NCBI GenBank assembly: GCA_019323575.1
Contig: JAHWHB010000013.1
Location: 1 to 38,465, forward strand
Source of the DNA: Candidatus Woesearchaeota archaeon
Lineage (GTDB): Archaea; Nanobdellota; Nanobdellia; Woesearchaeales; ARS49
DNA: 38,465 bases
Direction of reading: 5' to 3'
Positions 32,025 to 38,465 of the stretch are shown piece after piece. Numbering within the stretch: position 1 is the first letter of the stretch; each line of letters opens with the position of its first letter. A program made the position numbers and the translations under genes. The notes below the pieces were generated by a model. It did no database searches, was not told the DNA's origin, and saw only the letters and a list, made by a program, of their open reading frames with translations.

Positions 32025-32486
32025 ATGGACAAGGAAGCTTATGATAAACTGAAAAAAGAGCATGGCATTCTGCCTGATTTTAATGCTATTAACAGGGAGT
32101 TTGAGTTGGAGTTTATTGAGCCTCAGTGTTTTCCTTTGAGGCTTATCAAGCGTAAGATTGCTGAGAGGCTTGAGCCTGTTTTGGAGATTCTTGAGCACGT
32201 TGTTAATCCTGATCCTAACAATTTTGTTGATATGTGTGAGTGCAGGTGTTTTACTAATGGTGAGAAGAAGCAGATTCTTGACATTTTCCGTCATATGATG
32301 GAGGAGTATCGTTCTTTGTTGGAGACTGATTTGTTGTGTGATGACGAGAAGGATGCTCAGCTGATTAGGAAAATATATGATCTTTGGGTTCAGGAAAAAA
32401 AGCTTGTTCTGCCTATTATTAAAAAATTGAAGGGTTGCTGGCAGAAGCATGTTGAGCCTAAGGAAGTTTTGGAGTATTTGGGATGA
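32025..32486 (+). CDS. Hypothetical protein (153 aa), translationally coupled to adk
   Basis: TATA (CTTTATAAAA, about 31994-32003) lies 22-31 nt upstream of the ATG. ATGA overlap with adk. Codon dialect fits the + strand. I recognise no family. Confidence 0.55.
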   Translation: MDKEAYDKLKKEHGILPDFNAINREFELEFIEPQCFPLRLIKRKIAERLEPVLEILEHVVNPDPNNFVDMCECRCFTNGEKKQILDIFRHMMEEYRSLLETDLLCDDEKDAQLIRKIYDLWVQEKKLVLPIIKKLKGCWQKHVEPKEVLEYLG

Positions 32487-33106
32487 ACATTATTCTTTTT
32501 GGCGCGCAGGGTTCTGGTAAAGGCACTCAGGCCAAGCTTCTTGTTGAGAAGTTTGGTTTTAAGCATATTTCTACTGGTGATTTGATTAGGAAGGGTGTTG
32601 CTGATAATGATCCTGATGCTTTAAAACTGAAAAAAGAGTATATGGACAAGGGTCTTCTTGCTCCTGACGAGCTTGTTGTTAAGATTGTTGAGAAGAATCT
32701 TTCAGAAAAAAATATTTTTGATGGTTTTCCGAGGACTCTTGCTCAGGCTGAAATGCTTGACGAAAAAACTGCTATTGCTGCTGTTATTGAGCTTAAGATT
32801 CCTGATGAGGTTTCTGTTAAGAGATTATCCAGTCGTCGGCAGTGCAGGAAGTGCAATGCGATTTACGGCGCCGAAAATCCTTCTAAAGAGGAAAACAAGT
32901 GTGATGCTTGTGGTGGCGAGCTTTATCAGCGTGATGACGACAAGCCCGATGCTATTAAGAAGCGTTTGGAGTTGTATCATGATGAGACTGAGCCTTTGCT
33001 TGAGTATTATAAGCCGAGAAAGATAGTGCACGAGGTTGACGGCACTAAGAGCATTCAGGACATTTTCAAGGATGTCTGCAAGATCATAGAAACCATAGGA
33101 ATTTGA
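32483..33106 (+). CDS. adk: Adenylate kinase (long, bacterial-type with a zinc-binding lid)
   Basis: The P-loop is ILFGAQGSGKGTQ, followed by ISTGDLIR. The lid is CRKCNAIY...CDACGGELYQRDDD (CxxC...CxxC). Confidence 0.95.
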   Translation: MNIILFGAQGSGKGTQAKLLVEKFGFKHISTGDLIRKGVADNDPDALKLKKEYMDKGLLAPDELVVKIVEKNLSEKNIFDGFPRTLAQAEMLDEKTAIAAVIELKIPDEVSVKRLSSRRQCRKCNAIYGAENPSKEENKCDACGGELYQRDDDKPDAIKKRLELYHDETEPLLEYYKPRKIVHEVDGTKSIQDIFKDVCKIIETIGI

Positions 33107-33139
33107 GAATTCCGTGGGATTCAAGAATTGCATATTCAT

Positions 33140-34051
33140 TCATTTTTGCAATTCTTGAAACGCTTGCCTTATGAATTCTGTTGCGTAGCTTCCTTTTGGC
33201 AGAAAGAACTCGAGTATTATTTTCCCGTCTTCTTCTGTAATCTTTAGTTGTTTTGCTTCTGCCCAGACTTTTCTTGTTGCTCCTTCTGTGCTTGCTTCTG
33301 GCAGTTCTCTGATTATGAAGTCTGATAATTTGAGTTTTTCCTCATTGAGTATTTTTTGTGTTGTTTCATCGATTTCTTCTGTTCCAAACCCTATTATCGG
33401 TAATTCTTCTTTGTCTGTTCGCATTGCTGCTTTATTCCATAGCTGGCTTTGGTATGCGTGTATGTATAAGAGCAATAGTTTTCTTGGGATGCATCTTAGT
33501 GCTCCTATCCAGTCTTTTTTGTCTGTGTGTGTTCTTATTTTGGCTGCTGCCTGCGGGTTTGACTCCACAATTTTTTTCACTGCTTGTTCAAACTCTCTTT
33601 TTACTATGTGCTTGCCAATTTCCGCATTATTTGTGCTGAATCTTTGCTCTCCGAACAAGTTTCTGAATTTTCGTTTTATCTCTTTTTTTTCTGCATTTCT
33701 GACTGTTATTCTAAACTGGTTTCCTTCTAGCTGTCCTAGGTGTACTGGTTCGTCTCCGTATCCTAGAAAGGTGAGTTTGATGTCTTGCAGTTGTGTGTTT
33801 TCTAGTTTTTCTTTTGTTATTCCGTAGGCTCCGCAGGTTTGTTCTGTTATTGCTTTTCTGTCTTTGTTGCCTGCATACGATAGTGCTCCTGCCGGTACGC
33901 GCCATGCTGTTGCCAGTCTTTTTAGCGCCTCCATTGTTGTGAGGTCTTTTTTCCATAGTCTGAAGTAGATGTATTTGCCTGAGCTTTTCGTTCTTACTGT
34001 GCTTTTTTCTGTTACTTGGAAGTCTTCTGGCTCTTGCTTGATTGTGTACAT
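33140..34051 (-). CDS. truD: tRNA pseudouridine synthase TruD/Pus7 family
   Basis: PEDFQVTE at the N-terminus, the catalytic motif YAGNKDRKAITEQ (GxKD) and FGEQRFS. Confidence 0.85.
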   Translation of the reverse strand: MYTIKQEPEDFQVTEKSTVRTKSSGKYIYFRLWKKDLTTMEALKRLATAWRVPAGALSYAGNKDRKAITEQTCGAYGITKEKLENTQLQDIKLTFLGYGDEPVHLGQLEGNQFRITVRNAEKKEIKRKFRNLFGEQRFSTNNAEIGKHIVKREFEQAVKKIVESNPQAAAKIRTHTDKKDWIGALRCIPRKLLLLYIHAYQSQLWNKAAMRTDKEELPIIGFGTEEIDETTQKILNEEKLKLSDFIIRELPEASTEGATRKVWAEAKQLKITEEDGKIILEFFLPKGSYATEFIRQAFQELQK

Positions 34052-34073
34052 ATGTCGTCGACAAAGATAAAGG

Positions 34074-34081
34074 TTTAAAAA
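34074..34081. promoter_or_regulatory. Single TATA-like element shared by divergent truD and tRNA-Arg(CCU)
   Basis: TTTAAAAA is centred about 26 nt from the truD ATG (34051) and about 28 nt from the tRNA 5' end (34106). The spacer is 54 nt. Confidence 0.45.
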
Positions 34082-34105
34082 GTCTTCGTAGAAAGGAATT
34101 GTTAT

Positions 34106-34180
34106 GCGCCTGTAGCTCAGCTTGGATAGAGCAGTCGGTTCCTAACCGAAAGATCCGGGGTTCAAATCCTCGCAGGCGCG
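34106..34180 (+). tRNA. tRNA-Arg (CCU)
   Basis: Acceptor GCGCCTG/CAGGCGC with discriminator G. Anticodon arm GTCGG-TTCCTAA-CCGAA (G27-A43 mismatch). T arm CGGGG-TTCAAAT-CCTCG. Confidence 0.9.
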
Positions 34181-34181
34181 T

Positions 34182-35234
34182 ATGTACCGTCCTATTCATG
34201 TTTTGCAGGGTTTGAGGTATTTTTCTGAGTCTTTGAAGCAGAAGTTTCTGGGTTCCAAAAAATACAAGGGCAGTGCAGATGAAATCTGCGCTAAAATAGT
34301 TAAGGATTGTTGGAATGGTGTTTATTTTCAGGCGAGCCCTCATCATTATAGGGAGTTTTGGACTAGGGATTTTGGTTATTGTGCTGGAAGTCTTGTTAAG
34401 TTGGGTTATTTGAAAGAGGTGAAGAAGACTCTTGCTTTTGCTCTTGAAAAATTCTCTAAAACTGGCATTAAGACTACTATTAGCAGGGATGGCATTCCTT
34501 TTTCTTTTCCTAATGTTTATAGTCCTGATTCTGTTGCTTTGCTGCTCCACGCCTTAAGGATTGCAAACGATAAAGCGCTTGTAAAAAGATACAAATCTTT
34601 CTTGCAGAGGGAGGTTGATGCTTTCTCGCATCTTGTTCTGGAGGATGGCAGAGTCAGAAGGAATATTCATTTTTCTGGTATGCGGGATTATGCTTTAAGG
34701 GACAGCAGTTGTTATGATCATTGTATGGCTGTTTTGCTTGCAAGAGAGGCTAAGAAGCTTGGCTTTAAGTTTGCTTATACTGAAAAGGAACTTGTCAAAA
34801 AGCTTGATGACTATTGGAGGGGTTATTATTGTGATGATAGGAGTAGTTCTGAGCCAAGCGGTGATGCTAATGCTCTTCCTTACTGGTTGGGTGTTGGCAG
34901 GAACTTTGATAAGAGTCTTAGAACTATTCGTAAGAAAGGGCTTGATGTTCCTCTTCCTTTGAAATATGGCAGTAAGCCGAAGATGATTAAGTCAGAGGTT
35001 TTTGTTCCTAATTGGGAGACTCAGGCAACTTGGCCTTTTCTTGGTTTTATCTGGTTGCAGGCTGTTAGGAAGTACAAGCCTGCTCTTGCTAAGAAATACA
35101 GGGCAGATTATGCTAAAATCATAGAAAAATATAGTACTTTGTATGAGGTTTACATGAATGGCAGGCCTTACAGGTCTTTGTTTTATCATGCAGATGAGGG
35201 CATGCTTTGGTCTGCTATGTTTTTGACTATATGA
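34182..35234 (+). CDS. Putative (alpha/alpha)6-barrel glycoside hydrolase-like protein
   Basis: FWTRDFGYCAGSL resembles the W/F-x-RD motif of six-hairpin glycosidases (GH15/GH63/GDE-like). The pattern is helix-rich. The ATG begins 1 nt after the tRNA's discriminator base. Weak functional call. Confidence 0.4.
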   Translation: MYRPIHVLQGLRYFSESLKQKFLGSKKYKGSADEICAKIVKDCWNGVYFQASPHHYREFWTRDFGYCAGSLVKLGYLKEVKKTLAFALEKFSKTGIKTTISRDGIPFSFPNVYSPDSVALLLHALRIANDKALVKRYKSFLQREVDAFSHLVLEDGRVRRNIHFSGMRDYALRDSSCYDHCMAVLLAREAKKLGFKFAYTEKELVKKLDDYWRGYYCDDRSSSEPSGDANALPYWLGVGRNFDKSLRTIRKKGLDVPLPLKYGSKPKMIKSEVFVPNWETQATWPFLGFIWLQAVRKYKPALAKKYRADYAKIIEKYSTLYEVYMNGRPYRSLFYHADEGMLWSAMFLTI

Positions 35235-35278
35235 ATAGCTGCGCGGATATATTCTTCTTGTCTGGTGTTTTTGGATTG

Positions 35279-35317
35279 AATTTCTTCTCCCCTTAGCTTG
35301 CGCGGGGAGAAGAAATT
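35279..35317. terminator. Perfect 14-bp inverted repeat in a convergent intergenic spacer
   Basis: AATTTCTTCTCCCC (35279-35292), an 11-nt loop, then GGGGAGAAGAAATT (35304-35317). It lies between the stops at 35234 (+) and 35345 (-). Confidence 0.5.
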
Positions 35318-35344
35318 TAGTGAATGCGCGAAGAAAAAAGGGTA

Positions 35345-36583
35345 TTACCACTTTCTTTTTGTTCTTGCCAGTTCGTGGTAGATTGAGGATACCCAGTTTA
35401 GTGTTGAGAAGTATGGCATTAATACTACGTAGGAGAATAGCGGTGTTAGCTGGTTGCTTAGTCTTTCCTTGAATAGTCTGTGGGCGAAATATATTAGGTA
35501 CGCGCCGAGGATGAACACCAGTATTACCGGCAGGTATACTTGTACGTTTCTTGCTAGTATGAACTCGTTTAGTGTTGGCAGGCTTGTGATTCTGTCCAAA
35601 AAGTATCCTGGTATTGTCATGCTTCTGAATGAGAAGTTTATCAGCCTGTCTATTCCGTCGTATGATATTATGCTGATGTTTGCTATTAGCAGCAGTATTG
35701 CTAGCACGTTGACTGGCAGCTGGAACACTCCGAATAGTCCGTGTTTATTTGAGAAGAACATGCTTTTGTATTTCCAGTGGTTTATGATGTATCCTCTGGT
35801 CCATCTTATTCTTTGCCTCCAGAGGTCTGCTAATGTTTCTGGTACTTTTGTGTAGGTTATGCTTTCCGGCTCCATTACTACGTCGTAGCCTTTGTATTTT
35901 AGCCTCATTGCTATTTCCAGGTCTTCTGTGAGGTTGTTTCTGTCTTTTGTGAACCCTCCTATTTTCTTGAGGGTTTTTGTGCGGTATAATGATAGGACTC
36001 CGGGCGTCATTGACAGTGTTCCGAAGTTCGACATGATTTTTCTTACCATGCTGGACATTATGTATTCTACTCTTTGTAGTCTTTCGAGGAAGTTTTCTGC
36101 TTTTTCTACTTTTATCCTGCTTATTACTGCTCCTACTTTTTTGCTTGTGTAGTTTGATAGTGAGATGGTTATGCTGTCTTTTGATATTTTGCTGTCTGCG
36201 TCTACTACTGCGAAGAATTCTCCTTTTGCTTTTTTCAGTGCGACGTTTAGCGCTGATGCTTTTCCGCCGTTTTCTTTGTGATATACTCTTAATGGTAGTT
36301 CTGGGTGTTGTTTTTTGAATTTTTTGAGTTTTGATAGCGTGTTGTCTTCGCTTCCGTCATCTACTGCTATGACATCTAATAGCTCTTTTGGGTATCCTGA
36401 CGCGAATATTGATTTTATGGTTCTTATGGCGTCTTTGTCATTGTTTTTGCTGTATACTGGTATTCCTATTGTGATTGTTGATATTACATTCGCTCGTTTT
36501 ACTGGTGCGTATAGGAAGTTCAGCCAGACTATGGTAAGCCATAGTGTGATGAATGAAATTCCCCATAACATATACTGTAGCAT
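35345..36583 (-). CDS. Processive family-2 glycosyltransferase (PgaC/NodC/cellulose-synthase-like) with flanking TM helices
   Basis: VIAVDDGSEDNT (DxD-type UDP-sugar site), VVDADS, LTEDLEIA and the processivity motif QRIRWTRG (QxxRW). There is an N-terminal TM helix and about 4 C-terminal TM helices. A palindromic TATA, CCTTTATAAAGG, lies at 36605-36616. Confidence 0.8.
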   Translation of the reverse strand: MLQYMLWGISFITLWLTIVWLNFLYAPVKRANVISTITIGIPVYSKNNDKDAIRTIKSIFASGYPKELLDVIAVDDGSEDNTLSKLKKFKKQHPELPLRVYHKENGGKASALNVALKKAKGEFFAVVDADSKISKDSITISLSNYTSKKVGAVISRIKVEKAENFLERLQRVEYIMSSMVRKIMSNFGTLSMTPGVLSLYRTKTLKKIGGFTKDRNNLTEDLEIAMRLKYKGYDVVMEPESITYTKVPETLADLWRQRIRWTRGYIINHWKYKSMFFSNKHGLFGVFQLPVNVLAILLLIANISIISYDGIDRLINFSFRSMTIPGYFLDRITSLPTLNEFILARNVQVYLPVILVFILGAYLIYFAHRLFKERLSNQLTPLFSYVVLMPYFSTLNWVSSIYHELARTKRKW

Positions 36584-36666
36584 ATAGGTTAAAAGCTTAT
36601 TATCCCTTTATAAAGGTTGCGCTAGTTTTATATACGAGAAACAGGGTTTTTGGCTATGGGGGTAAA

Positions 36667-37347
36667 ATGGACAATTATGTGCGTATTTTGACTGTTATCA
36701 GCCTTCTGATTTTCCTAGTTATGATTCCTTTGGCCTTGCTTACTGGTGTGCCTGGCTTTATTCCTGATATTGTTTTTTTCATGGTTTTGGTTTTGTTTTA
36801 TTATTGGACCTATGATGCTTTTAGGAATAATATGCCTATTTTTACACTGTTAGTCATAGGCCACCTGTTGCACGCGTGCGGTATTTTTGGCTGGTATAAT
36901 ATTTCTCCTGTTCCTATTCAATGGGATCATTTGACTCACTTTTTTGGCACTCTGCCTTTTGCTTTGTTGTTTTTCAGGTGGGCTGGGCAGTGGATGGATG
37001 CCAAGTTTTTGACTAAGAAGAATCTTTTGTTAGTTATTGTTGTTTTCTTTGCAGCTATGGGTGTTGGTGCTATGGTTGAGCTTATTGAGTTTCTTGGCTA
37101 CCTGTCTCTTGGCTTTGGCGAGGGCGCTTTGATGTTTGGCACTGGCGATGGTATTGCTGGTCTAGGCGGTACTGATTTGATTGATGCGCTTGGCGGTGGC
37201 TGGATTAATGAGGGCTGGGATTTTGTGTTTAACACTTTTGGAATACTGTCGGGTATGTTTTTGATGATTATTCTCAAAATTATCAATCGAAAGCCGCAGA
37301 AAGCCTATTATTACGTGCCTATTGAGAGTTATTCTAAGAAAATTTAA
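36667..37347 (+). CDS. Hypothetical polytopic membrane protein with a Gly-rich loop
   Basis: I prefer the ATG at 36667, with TATA TTTTATATA at 36626-36634. About 6 hydrophobic segments, plus GFGEGALMFGTGDGIAGLGGTDLIDALGGGW. Family not recognised. Confidence 0.55.
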   Translation: MDNYVRILTVISLLIFLVMIPLALLTGVPGFIPDIVFFMVLVLFYYWTYDAFRNNMPIFTLLVIGHLLHACGIFGWYNISPVPIQWDHLTHFFGTLPFALLFFRWAGQWMDAKFLTKKNLLLVIVVFFAAMGVGAMVELIEFLGYLSLGFGEGALMFGTGDGIAGLGGTDLIDALGGGWINEGWDFVFNTFGILSGMFLMIILKIINRKPQKAYYYVPIESYSKKI

Positions 37348-37753
37348 AATGTTTGTTTAATTCTAATTTATTGAAGATATCAACTTCTTCGTGGAAGAAA
37401 TCAGCCAGTTTTCTTTTGCAGGAGTGTAATGGCAGCCATTCAAATTTTGTGTGTTCCTCGCTTAAGCGTATTTTGTTGTTTAGGGCTTTGCATAAGTATA
37501 TTATCATGGTGATGGTTTGGCCGTCTTTTCTGACGAAATGTTGTACGTTTAAGGGCTGCAGAATTTCAATGTCTAGGTCTGCTTCTTCTTTTACCTCTCT
37601 TTTTAGTCCTTCTTCTGGGTTTTCGCCGATTTTCAGACGTCCGCCGGGAAGTTCGTAGATGTCGGGATTTTGGCTGTCGTTTGGAGCTCTTTTTAGTGTT
37701 AGTAATTCATTTTTTTTGATGATGAATGCTTTGACGGCAACTCTAAAATCCAT
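37334..37753 (-). CDS. NUDIX hydrolase
   Basis: The Nudix box is GGRLKIGENPEEGLKREVKEEADL (GX5EX7REUXEEXGU). It lies 4 nt downstream of gatE. Confidence 0.85.
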   Translation of the reverse strand: MDFRVAVKAFIIKKNELLTLKRAPNDSQNPDIYELPGGRLKIGENPEEGLKREVKEEADLDIEILQPLNVQHFVRKDGQTITMIIYLCKALNNKIRLSEEHTKFEWLPLHSCKRKLADFFHEEVDIFNKLELNKHFKFS

Positions 37754-37757
37754 TTCT

Positions 37758-38465
37758 TTATCCCTTTGCGAGTTTCTTCAGCAGTTCTGCAATCTTTTGT
37801 CCTGATGCTTTTCCTCTTAGTTGTGCCATTGCTTTGCCCATTAATGCGTTTGGTGGTGCTCCTTTGTTTTGTTCTATGATTTTTGTTAGTTCTCGCAATA
37901 GTTCTCCTTCTGCTAGTGTTTTGTATTTGTTCAGCACTGTCTTTACTGGTTTGTTCTCTTTTAGTATGTCCAGCACGCTTTCTTTTGATATCTCGTCGTG
38001 TTCTAGTGCTGTGAATAGTGTGCAGTAGTCTTCGTCTGTTGGTGTGATTTCTATGTTGAATTGTCGTTTGATGGTTCTTTCTGCGGTCATTAGTATTTCT
38101 GCTATGTATGCTGGTTTTAATGTTTTGAATGACTTCACGAATTGGTCGAATAGTGCTGCTTTTTCTGATTTTGCTGTTAGTTCTGCTAAATCTGCTCCTA
38201 TTCCCATTTTTTCGTATCTTTTTATTTTGTGTTCTATGAGTTCTGGCAGTTCTACTTCCAGCATTTCTTTTGTTAGTTTTATTGGCAGCACGTCTGTTTC
38301 TGGGTACATTCTTGCTGCTCCTGGCATTAGCCGCATGAATGTTGTTGTTCCGTCTTCGTTTGGCTTTCTGACTTCTTTTGGTACTCCTTTTATTGCGTCG
38401 TTTGCTCTTATTATTACTGCTTGCAGTGCTTTTTCTGATTTTTCTTTTGTGTCTGCTACTATTAC
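37758..38465 (-). CDS. gatE: Glutamyl-tRNA(Gln) amidotransferase subunit E, C-terminal part (gene continues beyond the window end)
   Basis: RLMPGAARMYPETD is the GatE signature. The frame stays open upstream of the track's Met to position 38465 (my translation: ...KPNEDGTTTFMRLMPG). The C-terminal domain is GatB/YqeY-like. Confidence 0.8.
   Translation of the reverse strand, partial: VIVADTKEKSEKALQAVIIRANDAIKGVPKEVRKPNEDGTTTFMRLMPGAARMYPETDVLPIKLTKEMLEVELPELIEHKIKRYEKMGIGADLAELTAKSEKAALFDQFVKSFKTLKPAYIAEILMTAERTIKRQFNIEITPTDEDYCTLFTALEHDEISKESVLDILKENKPVKTVLNKYKTLAEGELLRELTKIIEQNKGAPPNALMGKAMAQLRGKASGQKIAELLKKLAKG

Noticed and set aside
8025-33125. Recurrent GAATTC palindromes near gene boundaries (e.g. 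about 8027, 8753, 19826, 26412, 27205, 33111)
   Set aside because: A six-base palindrome occurring a handful of times in 38 kb of AT-rich DNA is within chance expectation, and there is no consistent spacing or context.
33711-34550. 279-aa minus-strand ORF
   Set aside because: It spans the truD 5' end, the shared promoter, the whole tRNA-Arg(CCU) gene and part of the glycosidase-like gene, which is implausible for a real CDS.
1-38465. CRISPR arrays, IS elements, integrases, prophage or defence islands
   Set aside because: I found no regularly spaced direct repeats and no transposase or integrase-like ORFs. Almost every ORF is a housekeeping gene or a small hypothetical with the local codon dialect. 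The only tandem repeat is the 27-bp duplication inside rps4.

Overview
This window is a densely packed archaeal chromosomal segment. The gene content is archaeal: topoisomerase VI, archaeal DnaG, ABCE1, aDim2, RIO kinase, GatE, NAC, Sec61beta, Rpo3/Rpo10, BHB-type tRNA introns and TATA-driven leaderless genes. The small genes and reduced look suggest a DPANN-like lineage, but that is inference only. All product calls come from motifs I recognised by eye; no searches were run.

Content, in order:
- RNase P RNA, Sec61beta and NAC.
- A hypothetical / P-loop ATPase / membrane-protein trio, then tRNA-His.
- The S13-S4-S11-RpoD-[tRNA-Leu]-L18e-L13-S9-RpoN operon plus a DUF431 SPOUT methyltransferase.
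- A free-standing LAGLIDADG endonuclease and a two-intron tRNA-Arg(UCU).
- A KH(aDim2)-Top6B-Top6A-methyltransferase-like operon.
- A long ThyX-like gene with GlyA, convergent on RIO-FolC.
- A candidate H/ACA sRNA, DnaG and a HerA-like ATPase.
- A lipoprotein operon, a presenilin-like protease, DUF1653 with an MBL-like gene, and SRP RNA.
- LeuRS-CYTH, tRNA-Cys, TrmI, DUF885 and DUF99.
- ABCE1, an intron-containing tRNA-Thr, Adk, TruD and tRNA-Arg(CCU).
- A glycosidase-like gene, a processive GT2 and a membrane protein.
- NUDIX and partial GatE.

I saw no CRISPR array, transposon, prophage or recognisable defence island. I did not find a clear-cut novel multi-gene system.

The strongest signal is large-scale. 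The + strand is strongly T-rich and A-poor (and G>C) whichever way a gene points. Genes on the two strands therefore use mirror-image codon dialects (NNT/NNG versus NNA/NNC). Stop codons are depleted in non-coding frames, which produces many long spurious ORFs in the supplied track.

Secondary points of interest are the two-intron tRNA, a tRNA-Thr with an atypical elbow, perfectly symmetric shared TATA boxes between divergent leaderless genes, a BY-kinase-like ATPase trio, and a fused ThyX-like protein with split motifs.
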